From assembly GCA_000004985.1 (NCBI GenBank), contig GG738894.1: a DNA stretch of 64,000 bases. One strand, 5' to 3'. The DNA comes from Naegleria gruberi. Lineage: Eukaryota. The position numbers and the translations under genes were made by a program. Positions 54,528-64,000 of this stretch are shown piece after piece. Each line of letters begins with the position of its first letter. Positions within the stretch are counted from its first letter, which is position 1. The notes below the pieces were generated by a model, which had not been told where the DNA came from, searched no databases, and was given only the letters and a program-made list of their open reading frames with translations.

Positions 54528-55639
54528 ATGGAAAGGAGAGTTGGAATATTGATGATATTCATCATCGGAATGGTTATTTGTATAATGATGAATGTTTCGG
54601 TGAATGGTCAACGTTTGTCGAGTGATTTTGGACATTTGGTAAACTCTCGGACACTGGTTAGACGAATTAATGAAAATCCAAAATCACCATTCAAGGCAAA
54701 ACTGTATGAAAGATTTGATTCTATTGCCAAGTTGATTAATTTATCGAGGAGAAATGGTGGCAGAAAATTTTCTATGAAAACTGTTCAATCAAGAAAGTTT
54801 AAACTTTCGAAAGGATTGGCAATTCCACCTGAATATGATTTGAGAAAGAATTGGTATCAATGTGTTGGTGATATTCAAAATGAAGGTCAATGTGGTGCTG
54901 TTTGGGCAATGGTAAGTTTTTTCCAATTATTTCAATTCTAATGTGAAATATTTCAATAATAATCTGCTCTATTTTCTAATTTAAACCATTAGGCTCCAAG
55001 TGCTACTGTTTCTGATAGAATGTGCATTCAATCTAATGCTAAATTCCAAGAAAGATTGTCCTCTCAATATATTTTGGAATGTGATACTAGAGATTTTGGA
55101 TGTAATGGTGGATATATGAATACTGAATTTGAATTTGAATTGAATAGGGGTGTTCCAACTGAGAAATGTGTGCCTTACATTGCCTTCAATATGACATTAC
55201 AACCTTGCCCAACTAGCTGTTTCAATTCTACTCAACCAATGGTTTTATACAAGACAAAATCAGTGCAAAATGTGACTGGAGAGTTGGACATGCAGCAAGC
55301 CATTTTGCAAGGAGGAAGTATCATGACTGAAATGGACGTTTATCAAGATTTTATATATTATTCCAGTGGAGTGTATGAACATGATCCATCTTTCACTCAA
55401 CCAATAGCGAAAACAGTTGCAAGAATTGTTGGTTGGGGAAGTTTGAATGGAGTTAATTATTGGATTGTAGCCAATGTTTGGGGGAAAACTTGGGGTTTGG
55501 ATGGCTACGTTTTGGTTCGTGTAAGTTATTTAGTGGCTTAATATTTCAATATAATCACTTGAATATTTATGTATTACTATAGAGAGGTACTAATGAGAGT
55601 AACATAGAAAAGGACGCATATGCTTTCCAAGTTTACTAA
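54528..55639 (+). CDS. cathepsin B-like papain-family homologue lacking the catalytic Cys and His (predicted secreted pseudoprotease), three exons 54528..54911, 54993..55520, 55583..55639
   Basis: Signal peptide MERRVGILMIFIIGMVICIM. Propeptide/mature junction PPEYDLRKNW. Active-site region reads QCGAVWAM where papain-like proteases have QCGSCWAF (catalytic Cys replaced by Val). Exon 1 ends there at GTAAGT. Exon 2 starts APSATVSDRMC (cathepsin B: GAVEAISDRIC). The His region reads KTVARIVGWG (cathepsin B: GHAIRILGWG). Asn retained (ANVWG). Exon 3 RGTNESNIEKDAYAFQVY. Confidence 0.65.
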
Positions 55640-55890
55640 TCATTAAGTAAATAAAAAATCTATTTTGTAATATTCTTCTAGTTGAACTGTGACACTCATT
55701 ATAATAAATGATGAACATACCTAAATAGATGTTGTTTGCCAAGAACATTAATTTCTCACCAATCAACACTAAAGCAGAATAGAACTAAATTTGTCATGTT
55801 TTATTCTCAATAAAACAATTAAAAACATTACATTCCTATTCAAAAATTATGTAATTGACTTTCCAATTCTACGAGAATCCCTTGGTTAAA

Positions 55891-57483
55891 TCACTCAAAC
55901 ACATTAGAAGGGTTAGTTTTCAACTCGTGCCAAAGCTTGTACTCGTCAGTGTAAATGAATCTGGAGAACGAATCAACTAGGTTCGTATATAAATCTCTCT
56001 TAATTTCATGTAATAAATGCTTGCTGGTATCAAGATTAATGGTACCACTCTTTCTTTCAGTATCTACCAATTTCTTTGTTTTTCCTCTAATGTTAATTTC
56101 TTCTGAGCAACCATCATCAAGGAATTTATCATAGACCATGTTAATCACCTTGCTTCTTCTTTTTCCTGACATGTCAATAAAATTCTTTTCCATATCCAAA
56201 AGCTCTTGCCAACAATTCAAATTCTCGACTGAAAACTCTGCAACACAAAAGTCTTTGAATAATTGAAATCCCATAGCATCTCGTAAAAGTAGCTCCAACT
56301 CGTTTGTCATTATTGAAGGAGCAGAGGCTGAACGTTCCAAATTCTTTCTATCAGATGGTGTTTTACCATGATCTGAAGAGGGAATTTCCACATGACTATG
56401 AGATTGAGTCTTAATGACTGTTCTAGTCTTTGAAAATGATTTGTTGAGAATGTTGGCAATCTTTTTCTTTTCATCCAATTCAGCAGCAATAGTTGTATCA
56501 GTATCTGTATCAGCTCCTGCTCTTGTTGCTGAAGATGAAGAGTCTGAAGTTGCTGCACTCGTAATTGAATGAACTCTAGGTCTGTGTTGTGGAAGTTGTG
56601 TTGATGATGAAGGAGAAAGATCCACAATTGGTGTATTCACATTTTGCATTGAAATAAACTCCTCACTATCGGTAACTCTTCTTCCAAATTCCTCTTCCCC
56701 TTTCATTTCTGCCTCATCGATAGTATTTCTTCTGTGAAGCATAAAGAAGGCCTTGAGCACATTCTTCTTCTTTAAGAGAGAAAGCTTGGGCGTTGAAAGT
56801 GATCGTCTGTAGCCTGAATTTTCTTGTAACCTAGCAATTTGTTGTTGAGTGGAAGGAGGAAGGGATTGTCTGGACTTGAGATTGGATGATTCGTTAGTAG
56901 TTGAGATTGTGGTAGTATTATTTATAGTGGTGGTATGAATGGTAGTGTTGTTGTTGGTAGTGGAGGCTCTAGATTGTGTTGGGTTTGAAATTTGCATGAC
57001 TGTGTTAATGTTGGTTGGAATATCTGAAATATGAATACTAGTACTGAGCGCAGTCCTAGAGTTTCTAACACTCGTCGTTGTGCTGGTCAGTGAGGTCATG
57101 TCACTATCAACATGGTGCAATGGAAAAACGTTGAAAGATGTATTCATGGATGAGGAGAGGAGTACGGGAGAAGATGGTGTTTGTTGTTGATTGTTATTTG
57201 AACAATGTGATGAAGAGGCAGCTCCAATTCCAACAAGAGCATGCGATGCAGCAAACACTACATCACTTGGAGGTTGTTGCTCTTGATTATTAGGTGTAGA
57301 GATGGCATTATTCGAAACTTGATGATGAACATTAAAACTGGATACAGTGGTCAGAGGTGATTGATTTCTCGTTGTTGCTGTTATTGTTGGTATTGATGAT
57401 GAATTCTTAGAGGAGGATGAAATGTGCCTCTCACTCCTCCTAAATGAGAAGCGTTGTTTAGAATGAGAATTTGTATTGCCCAT
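55891..57483 (-). CDS. RGS-domain protein with N-terminal myristoylation motif and long S/T/N-rich linker
   Basis: True ATG. MGNTNS at the N-terminus (MGxxxS). C-terminal RGS domain ELLLRDAMGFQLFKDFCVAEFSVENLNCWQELLDMEKNF...VINMVYDKFL...EINI. Confidence 0.75.
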   Translation of the reverse strand: MGNTNSHSKQRFSFRRSERHISSSSKNSSSIPTITATTRNQSPLTTVSSFNVHHQVSNNAISTPNNQEQQPPSDVVFAASHALVGIGAASSSHCSNNNQQQTPSSPVLLSSSMNTSFNVFPLHHVDSDMTSLTSTTTSVRNSRTALSTSIHISDIPTNINTVMQISNPTQSRASTTNNNTTIHTTTINNTTTISTTNESSNLKSRQSLPPSTQQQIARLQENSGYRRSLSTPKLSLLKKKNVLKAFFMLHRRNTIDEAEMKGEEEFGRRVTDSEEFISMQNVNTPIVDLSPSSSTQLPQHRPRVHSITSAATSDSSSSATRAGADTDTDTTIAAELDEKKKIANILNKSFSKTRTVIKTQSHSHVEIPSSDHGKTPSDRKNLERSASAPSIMTNELELLLRDAMGFQLFKDFCVAEFSVENLNCWQELLDMEKNFIDMSGKRRSKVINMVYDKFLDDGCSEEINIRGKTKKLVDTERKSGTINLDTSKHLLHEIKRDLYTNLVDSFSRFIYTDEYKLWHELKTNPSNVFE

Positions 57484-58260
57484 TGATTCAACTTCTTATA
57501 TTGTTGATGATGATGTTACAATTACTGTAGTTACACTTTAACTTGCCCAACAATCAGACAAGAAGCCTTTTTATCTAATGATGATGCTATATTGCTCAAT
57601 AATGATGATGAAACACACAACACCCTTGATGGTGGATGTATAATATTCTCGAATCTAAAAGGCAACAACACAATGGAGTGTGTTGCGATTCTCAAGAGAT
57701 GAGGAAAAAACAACGTGAAAAACCGTTGGATTTGTGTTCGTGCTGCGAAATGGCCTACAACACTCAAAAAATGAAGGCCGATGAAGTGTTGAGTTTTTTT
57801 TCTCTTTCTGCTCTCTTCATTGCTTCGGCTACTGAAGATGAGTTTGGTGAGTGAATTTGAACAGGCAGGAACAATGACAAGGAAGATTGAGGGCTTAAGG
57901 TATTGGTACCATACTCCAAAATTGTTAAGCGTACAGAAAAGAAATTGTATACGAAAGCTTCCTGAATGAGAATATTGGGTAGGTGTTAAAGCTGTAAGCA
58001 CGATTATTATTCGAATTTTAAACTGTTATTTGCAGTTTGTCTGAAATGTGGAAAGTAAATAATTGGTCAGTGTATTGAGAGATGTGAAAAACAATATTGG
58101 CGCCAAATCTGTACAACTATTGATTAGTGACGGGTAATTTTGGTTTTAGATGTGCTTTGTATTTTTTAGGATCTACTGAAGGAGGCGGATTATCCTTTTT
58201 GTGGGTTGTATTTGAAAAAGTCCATTGATTTTTCCATTACCTCAACCACCTTCAAAAATC

Positions 58261-61200
58261 TCAAAAACTTGGAAATTCTCTTTCCTTTGAAAGAGGAAAA
58301 CAATAAGACAAGTCCAGAAAATAATTATTCAATGGACACTCTAATAAAATAGTTTTTGAGACTTTTTCATTTCGAGATTGCTTGATACGGATAGTAAATC
58401 TTGGGCTTACAATATGTGGCATTTTCTCTTCTTGATTATTGAATAATTTGAAGCAATTCAAATTGAAAAGGCAACATGTATACACAAATGGACTTCTAAT
58501 GAGTGACTTAAATCTTTCTTCAAGATTAAACTCATTGTCGTCCTCTTCTATGTATTGATTGTAGGTATGGAAGAGCCAGTATGCTGCCTTGTGGTTGAGC
58601 TTATCCAAACTGTCTCCATCATGTTTGATAAAGACTTTCTCCCAGTTTATCTTATCTTCTTCAAGGCAATCTTTAATGCTTTCGAATAATTTCTGTTTGT
58701 GTGCTGAGAATTTATCAGAAAGGACAATCTCATCATTTTTTCTGGTTGACCAATAGAGTCTCCATTGTGAATACGCTTCCTTAAATTCATCTTTCCATCT
58801 TTGCCACTCTGAGGAGTATATTTCAGATGGGTTTTCAAAAACAGTGTCAAGTTGCTTTGTATCTGAAAAAACCATCCTATTGAATATATTTCTAATTAGG
58901 TCAAACATTCTTGCTTCGAATGTATCAAGTTCTATATGAGATTGGTCAGTAATCTTCAATTTGCAAAGTTCCATCCACTTTGGAGAATCCTTTTTTGGAA
59001 TTTCATACAACTGTTTAGCATTAAAAGCTGATCCCTTAATAGTATCAATGCTGTCGTGATACATTTTGGACAATTTAAGTTTGATATCTATTCCAACCTT
59101 GGAAGAATCTTCTCTCCAACACATTGTTTTAAGATAAACTTCTGAAATTTTTGATGATTGTTCCATCATTTCCAATACAGTTTTTCTTACATCTTCCATG
59201 CTTAGTGAATTTTTAACAGTTTTGGTCACCTTATTGGTGGCAGCTCCATCGTTATAATTCAATTTTGGTTTGAGATTTTGATCAAATAACTTGACAATTT
59301 CTGGATCGAAAATAATCTCATACAAGTCGCCATCCAAATCACCTCCTGCCATGTAGCATAATGGTTCTGGGACTTTCTTATAATTTGGATTGTGTCCAAA
59401 GACAATGACATCTCTTCTTGATTGGAGGAATTCTGTTGGGGGATGCTTGACCAACTTTAAGCATTGGATATCACCTTCATAGGCAAGAGGATTTCTATAG
59501 ACAAGAACCTTGTCAATTTTAGCATAATCTAAACTTCGAATCAACTTGGAGCATGGGATGTGAACTTCATCATGTTTCAAAGTCGAACTTTCATCATAAA
59601 CACCCATACCACTTAAAAACCCAGGATGTTTACATTTCATACTGAGCTTGTCACTAACCATGGATTCAAACTTGCTTTCAATATTGTCTTTTACAACGGA
59701 GGAAATAAAATAATTATCCAATGAATGTTCAGCCATTATTAAATCTCTAGCAATAGATTCTTGCGAAGTTTCTCCTGATTGAGAGAGGAGCACGTTGCAT
59801 AAATATTCTGGATTATCCTTATTCTCAACAATTTCCATTAATTGAGTTTCGTAAAAATTTTTGAACAATTTTTCCATTTCTTCTTCATTCGTAGTCATTT
59901 GCAGTAAGCAAGACATGATATTTCTATTAATATTGCCACCATGAACACGAGCAACATTCAATATATCAATCTTATTGTAAATTGAATAATTTCCTTCAAA
60001 TTTCACCATTGAATTTCTCAAAATGACTTTGGTATTGGATGGCAATTTGTGCTTTTTAAGTAATTCTGCCCACATTGATTTGTTAACCTTTTGAATGACT
60101 CCTTTGGCTCCCAAAATTCTTACCTGCATGGCACTGATGTTCTTGAAATTCTTTTCGAATAGTCTACCTTGTTTCGTATCTGATTCAAATAACTTGTCCA
60201 TAAAGAAATATGGAACAGAGTAGGTATTTTCCAGGACTTGTTCGAAGAAATCTTCAACAGCCATACCAGCACCATCAGTCACTGCAATATCATCTGAAAT
60301 AATTTGGATATCATCTTGTTTCCATTCCACAATACTTGGAGTACTAGTTCCCATACTCAATCCAACTCTACTAGCAACCTTTCTAGGTCCATGCTCCTCA
60401 GCTTTTTCAAAGGTACCCAACATTTGCTTCAATATTTCCAAATTCAACAATGTTGAGTTGTAAAAGATACAGGAATCACCTTTCAAACCAGAATTTGAAG
60501 TACCTAACAAACAATACTTATGACCTTCATGAACAATACCATAGGAGAGACAATATTCCTTCTTGCATTCTGAGAGTGCTTTCAGATCCTCTTTGGATGT
60601 AAAATCAAATTTTACAACCATTAAACATTTTCCCAAATTCAAACTCATTAAAATTCTTGCTAATCTTGAGAATGAATTCAAGATTGAGTAACGATTGGTT
60701 CCATCACCAATAATCGCATACTTTCCATTGTTTCCCTCCATTTTCTTCCATCTGTTTTTCACATGACAAACTAGTGGATAGAATTCACCAAAGAATTGTT
60801 CGTATCCACCAGCAACATTTGAATTGAAAAGTGATTGAAAAAGAGTTTGATTAGCTTGTGATTCAAACAGTTCCAATTCTCTGGCAAAGTATCTGTATCT
60901 CTTCATCAAGTATTCCAATGGATTCTTTGCTAAATCCATGGTGCTATCACACATATAGGAAATCTTTGCACTCAACTCTGAATATTGAACATTATCTATC
61001 TTGACAACAATCTTCCAAACATTCTTTCCAAAACCAAGAACATTCCAATCTTCCCAGCCGGTGATTGTTTGCAAATCTTCATCTCTCATTGGCAATACAA
61101 TAATCAATTTACCATTAACCNNNNNNNNNNNNNNNNNNNNNNNNNNNNNNNNNNNNNNNNNNNNNNNNNNGTTGATTGCATTAACCAATGTCTTTTGATC

Positions 61201-61407
61201 TCTCATTCCTCTCTCATGGACCAATAAAACTTGTTGAACAGTTGATGAATCACAGTTTTCCAATTTCAAATAAGTACGAATCTTTCGGAACAGAATATCC
61301 TTGATCTTCTCTGTAGCTCCAATCTTGATAGATGGAGGACCAGAAATTGTTGTGGATGGGGAAGTGTCCATCATGGAAAGGGTGAGTGGGTGGTTATTGT
61401 TGATCAT
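58261..61407 (-). CDS. cellular RNA-dependent RNA polymerase (RDR family), interrupted by a 50-N scaffold gap
   Basis: Catalytic signature CYMAGGDLDGDLYEIIFD (DLDGD) preceded by YRNPLAYEGDIQCLKLV, as in eukaryotic RdRPs of the RRF/QDE-1/RDR6 type. About 1050 aa. The ORF as listed starts at 61557, but the first plausible ATG is 61407 (MINNNHPLTLSMMDTSPS..) or MMDTSPS at ~61374. Gap 61121-61170 lies inside the N-terminal region. Confidence 0.75.
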   Translation of the reverse strand: MINNNHPLTLSMMDTSPSTTISGPPSIKIGATEKIKDILFRKIRTYLKLENCDSSTVQQVLLVHERGMRDQKTLVNAINXXXXXXXXXXXXXXXXXVNGKLIIVLPMRDEDLQTITGWEDWNVLGFGKNVWKIVVKIDNVQYSELSAKISYMCDSTMDLAKNPLEYLMKRYRYFARELELFESQANQTLFQSLFNSNVAGGYEQFFGEFYPLVCHVKNRWKKMEGNNGKYAIIGDGTNRYSILNSFSRLARILMSLNLGKCLMVVKFDFTSKEDLKALSECKKEYCLSYGIVHEGHKYCLLGTSNSGLKGDSCIFYNSTLLNLEILKQMLGTFEKAEEHGPRKVASRVGLSMGTSTPSIVEWKQDDIQIISDDIAVTDGAGMAVEDFFEQVLENTYSVPYFFMDKLFESDTKQGRLFEKNFKNISAMQVRILGAKGVIQKVNKSMWAELLKKHKLPSNTKVILRNSMVKFEGNYSIYNKIDILNVARVHGGNINRNIMSCLLQMTTNEEEMEKLFKNFYETQLMEIVENKDNPEYLCNVLLSQSGETSQESIARDLIMAEHSLDNYFISSVVKDNIESKFESMVSDKLSMKCKHPGFLSGMGVYDESSTLKHDEVHIPCSKLIRSLDYAKIDKVLVYRNPLAYEGDIQCLKLVKHPPTEFLQSRRDVIVFGHNPNYKKVPEPLCYMAGGDLDGDLYEIIFDPEIVKLFDQNLKPKLNYNDGAATNKVTKTVKNSLSMEDVRKTVLEMMEQSSKISEVYLKTMCWREDSSKVGIDIKLKLSKMYHDSIDTIKGSAFNAKQLYEIPKKDSPKWMELCKLKITDQSHIELDTFEARMFDLIRNIFNRMVFSDTKQLDTVFENPSEIYSSEWQRWKDEFKEAYSQWRLYWSTRKNDEIVLSDKFSAHKQKLFESIKDCLEEDKINWEKVFIKHDGDSLDKLNHKAAYWLFHTYNQYIEEDDNEFNLEERFKSLIRSPFVYTCCLFNLNCFKLFNNQEEKMPHIVSPRFTIRIKQSRNEKVSKTILLECPLNNYFLDLSYCFPLSKEREFPSF
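61121..61170. other. scaffold gap (50 N) inside the RdRP gene
   Basis: Run of 50 n; translated as X in the ORF track. Confidence 0.99.
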
Positions 61408-61955
61408 CACAAATATTATAATTTGTCTGGTTGAGTAGTTGTTGTTGATTTGTTTTTTTTGATTTTGAAAATTGTGTGATGTGGAGAATTCCCAATTAAA
61501 AACCCAAATTTTTGTTTTCCAGATCAAAAGAACGAGAATATTTGTTTCTCTCAACAAATCTCAAAAGAGGCAATGAGAACAAAACCATTTTACAGTACCA
61601 ATTACATTCAGTAGAATATTTGGATAATCACAATTGATCTCAACAAGGGATATTCATCTAATAATCGGTAGTGTTAGCCCAATTTGTTCCCCATTGATTG
61701 GCGAGTGTTTTCTTCTCCACATACTTTTTATCATCAATTGATTAACCCCCTCTTTGTATTGTTCCTCCTCTTCGGAAGAATGATATCAACATGTATTACT
61801 CTAGAGAATCATATTAAGTGTTATTGTGATTTCTTAAGGGATTTTTTTTTCTTCTAAACAACATACCTCATCCTTTTGGATGAAGAATATGAGTAGGCTT
61901 TTGTCTATTAGGTGACAATTATCAACGGTGTTTTATAGTTCCATATCCAAACACC

Positions 61956-63300
61956 TTATTTTCTTAGTGATGTTAATTGTTTCATTTCACTTATATATTT
62001 GGCTCCTTCATCACCAATTCGATTGTTATATATTTGAAGTGATGTCAATCGTTTCATTTCACTTATGAATTTGGCTCCTTCATCACCAATTTCATTGCCA
62101 CCAATATTAAGCGATGTTAATTGTTTCATTTCACTTATATATTTGGCTCCTTCTCCACTAATTAAATTGTTAGATATACAGAGTGATGTCAATTGTTTCA
62201 GTTCACTAATAGACCTAGCTCCTTCATCACCAATTAGATTGTTATATGTATGAAGTGATGTCAATCGTTTCATTTCACTTATGAATTTGGCTCCTTCTAC
62301 ACCAATTCGATTGCTATAGTATTAAGTGATGTTAATTGTTTCATTTCACTTATCAATTTAGCTCCTTCATCACCAATTCATTGCCACCAATATTAAGCGA
62401 TGTTAATTGTTTCATTTCACTTATATATTTGGCTCCTTCATCACCAATTCGATTGTTATATATTTGAAGTGATGTCAATCGTTTCATTCCACTAATTAAT
62501 TTAGCTCCTTCATCACCAATTTCATTGACACCAATATTAAGTGATGTTAATTGTTTCATTCCACTAATTAATTTGGCTCCTTCATCACCAATTCGATTGT
62601 TATATATATGAAGTGATGTCAATCGTTTCATTCCACTAATTAATTTAGCTCCTTCATCACCAATTTGATTGCCACCAATATCAAGTGATGTTAATTGTTT
62701 CATTTCACTTATATATTTGGCTCCTTCATCACCAATTCGATTGTTATATGTATGAAGTGATGTTAATTGTTTCATTTCACTTATCAATTTAGCTCCTTTT
62801 ATACCAATTCGATTGCCACCAATATTAAGCGATGTTAATTGTTTCATTTCATTTATATATTTGGCTCCTACATCACCAATTCGATTGTTATATATATTAA
62901 GTGATGTTAATTGTTTCATTTCACTTATGAATTCTGCTCTTTCAAAAGAGTCAAGCAACCAACTAGAAAATTTAACATTAACAATACTATTCATAAATTG
63001 ACTTTTCATGAATAATTCAACTCGTTTCTCTGTAAATTTCTTTTTAAATTTAATAACAAGTTTTGAACGTTCCCTGATCACATTAAAGAATTGTTTTGAA
63101 ATTAAAGTACAATTATTTAAAATAAACCACGAATCATCAAGCATTGAAATTATTTCAAAACAAACATCATATGAAAATATTTCTTTTTCGAGTTTCACAA
63201 ACTTTGCTTTCTCTTCCATATTATTATTATTGTTAGTGAATATTTCCTCCGAATTAATGAATTGATGATTTTCAAAATCTTGTCTGTTTCGTTTGCTCAT
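61956..63300 (-). CDS. F-box-like / RNI-type leucine-rich-repeat protein encoded largely by a 72-bp tandem array; two frameshifts split it into ORFs 62353-63300 and 61956-62273
   Basis: True ATG at 63300. F-box-like FSYDVCFEIISMLDDSWFILNNCTLISKQFFNVI. Then >=17 near-identical 24-aa LRRs (LTSLNIGGNRIGDEGAKYISEMKQ). Between 62274 and 62352 two repeat copies carry 1-nt deletions relative to neighbours (e.g. caccaattcattgcc vs caccaatttcattgcc), breaking the frame. Confidence 0.5.
61960..62940. repeat. tandem array of ~13.6 copies of a 72-bp unit (coding LRR repeats)
   Basis: Unit ...tgatgttaattgtttcatttcacttatatatttggctccttcatcaccaattcgattgttatatat... recurs every 72 nt with a few substitutions per copy. 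Confidence 0.85.
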
Positions 63301-63501
63301 TTTTTTTTAATTAAAACTAATTTGGTGTCAATCCAAAATCAATAATCTTAATAATTCCTCTAATTTTCATGCGAATTTAAATTCACACTCCAAAAATTTG
63401 AACCTTATAACTTGGCACAGTTTTCATTTTTTTTAATTCATCAAACCTCTTCATCATTTCATGTTTTTAACGTGCTTTTACGGAAAAAAGTATTAATAAA
63501 A

Positions 63502-64000
63502 ATGACAAAACGATCCATTGAAGAAAATTGCTCATCTTCAAAGAAGATAAAGATTCAAGATCATGTAAATCACATTTCGGAAGATGTTTGGAGTCAAACC
63601 ATTTTCCCATTTCTTGATGGCAATGAATTATTTAAATCAATAAGATTAGTTTCGTTTCTGTGGAATAATCTTGTTTTGGCCACTCGATGTAATATTCAAG
63701 TTTATTTTCCAGGTTTCACAATGGAGGAAGTAGAACGAACTGTTGTCCAATTAAAAGAATGGGAATTTTCTGATAGAGAAACCTATGAGGTAACAAGTTT
63801 TAAATATTCGAATGATAAAGAGCATTGTAAACGAGTGAGAGAATTTATTCAAAGTGGAGAGGAAGGTAAATTCAAAAATGTTACTGGAATTACTTTCAAG
63901 AGTAAAATTCATCCATGCTTCTTTGAAAAGATTTTCAGTTTGGATTGGCAACATTTGAAAACTCTCAATTTGAGTAATAATACTCTCAATGCTGAGGGAG
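63502..64000 (+). CDS. partial (5' portion) F-box-like/LRR family protein running off the window end
   Basis: ATG at 63502. Open frame to position 64000 without a stop. ISEDVWSQTIFPFLDGNELFKSIRLVSFLWNNLV is F-box-like. Ends LKTLNLSNNTLNAEG (LRR start). Not in the ORF track because no stop is reached. Confidence 0.5.
   Translation, partial: MTKRSIEENCSSSKKIKIQDHVNHISEDVWSQTIFPFLDGNELFKSIRLVSFLWNNLVLATRCNIQVYFPGFTMEEVERTVVQLKEWEFSDRETYEVTSFKYSNDKEHCKRVREFIQSGEEGKFKNVTGITFKSKIHPCFFEKIFSLDWQHLKTLNLSNNTLNAEG

Noticed and set aside
54369-54635. 88-aa minus-strand ORF ending at a GTAAGT, considered as a 5' exon of the DUF4116 gene
   Set aside because: Antisense to the cathepsin-like copy B signal-peptide exon and promoter. 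No AG acceptor in the open part of the DUF4116 frame gives a phase-consistent junction. The peptide is low-complexity.
57636-58001. Overlapping 72-aa (plus) and 156-aa (minus) ORFs
   Set aside because: They overlap each other, neither has recognisable protein features, and composition differs from coding regions elsewhere. Reported as a region of interest rather than as genes.
60985-61227. Two short plus-strand ORFs with X runs
   Set aside because: Span the 50-N gap inside the RdRP gene and are antisense to it. Artefacts.
61960-62940. Regular 72-bp direct repeats, considered as a possible CRISPR array
   Set aside because: Eukaryotic context. The repeats are contiguous with no unique spacers and are in-frame coding sequence for LRR units.
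16944-64000. Search for prokaryotic-style features (operons, RBS, CRISPR-cas, phage/IS elements)
   Set aside because: Spliceosomal introns, eukaryotic tRNAs without encoded CCA, CAAX/myristoylation signals and eukaryote-only domain families show this is nuclear eukaryotic DNA. No transposase, integrase or reverse-transcriptase ORF was seen.

Overview
Positions 1-16943 are N. The remaining ~47 kb (16944-64000) is AT-rich eukaryotic nuclear DNA with compact gene spacing and genes on both strands. I support about 28 protein-coding genes and two eukaryotic-type tRNA genes (Gly-UCC, Ser-UGA). There are also two 50-N scaffold gaps. The dominant structural feature is a population of very short GTAAGT...AG spliceosomal introns (about 38-52 nt, a few of 62-116 nt). 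Because of them, many of the six-frame ORFs are exons of a single gene. Recognisable families are:
- a GPI mannosyltransferase 2 (PIG-V)
- a large WD40 protein
- a CBS-pair protein
- a Mut7-C nuclease-domain protein
- an NHL-repeat/EGF/TM receptor protein kinase
- a Kelch-BTB (LZTR1-like) protein
- a 2H phosphoesterase
- a cAMP-receptor-like 7TM GPCR
- an F-box fused to an atypical Rho GTPase
- a 2OG-Fe(II) oxygenase
- a GCNA-like SprT protease with chromo and HMG domains
- two tandem cathepsin-B-like genes lacking the catalytic Cys/His
- a phospholipase-B-like protein
- a serine/threonine dehydratase-family PLP enzyme
- DUF4116-repeat proteins
- an RGS protein
- an RNA-dependent RNA polymerase (DLDGD)
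- several F-box/RNI-type LRR paralogues, one encoded by a 72-bp tandem array with frameshifts.
Gene content is consistent with a free-living protist (amoeboid/heterolobosean-like), but the source cannot be proven from the sequence. No prokaryotic operon, CRISPR array or obvious transposon was seen. Many ORF-track 'M' starts are TTG/GTG codons, so true starts were re-derived from ATGs where possible.
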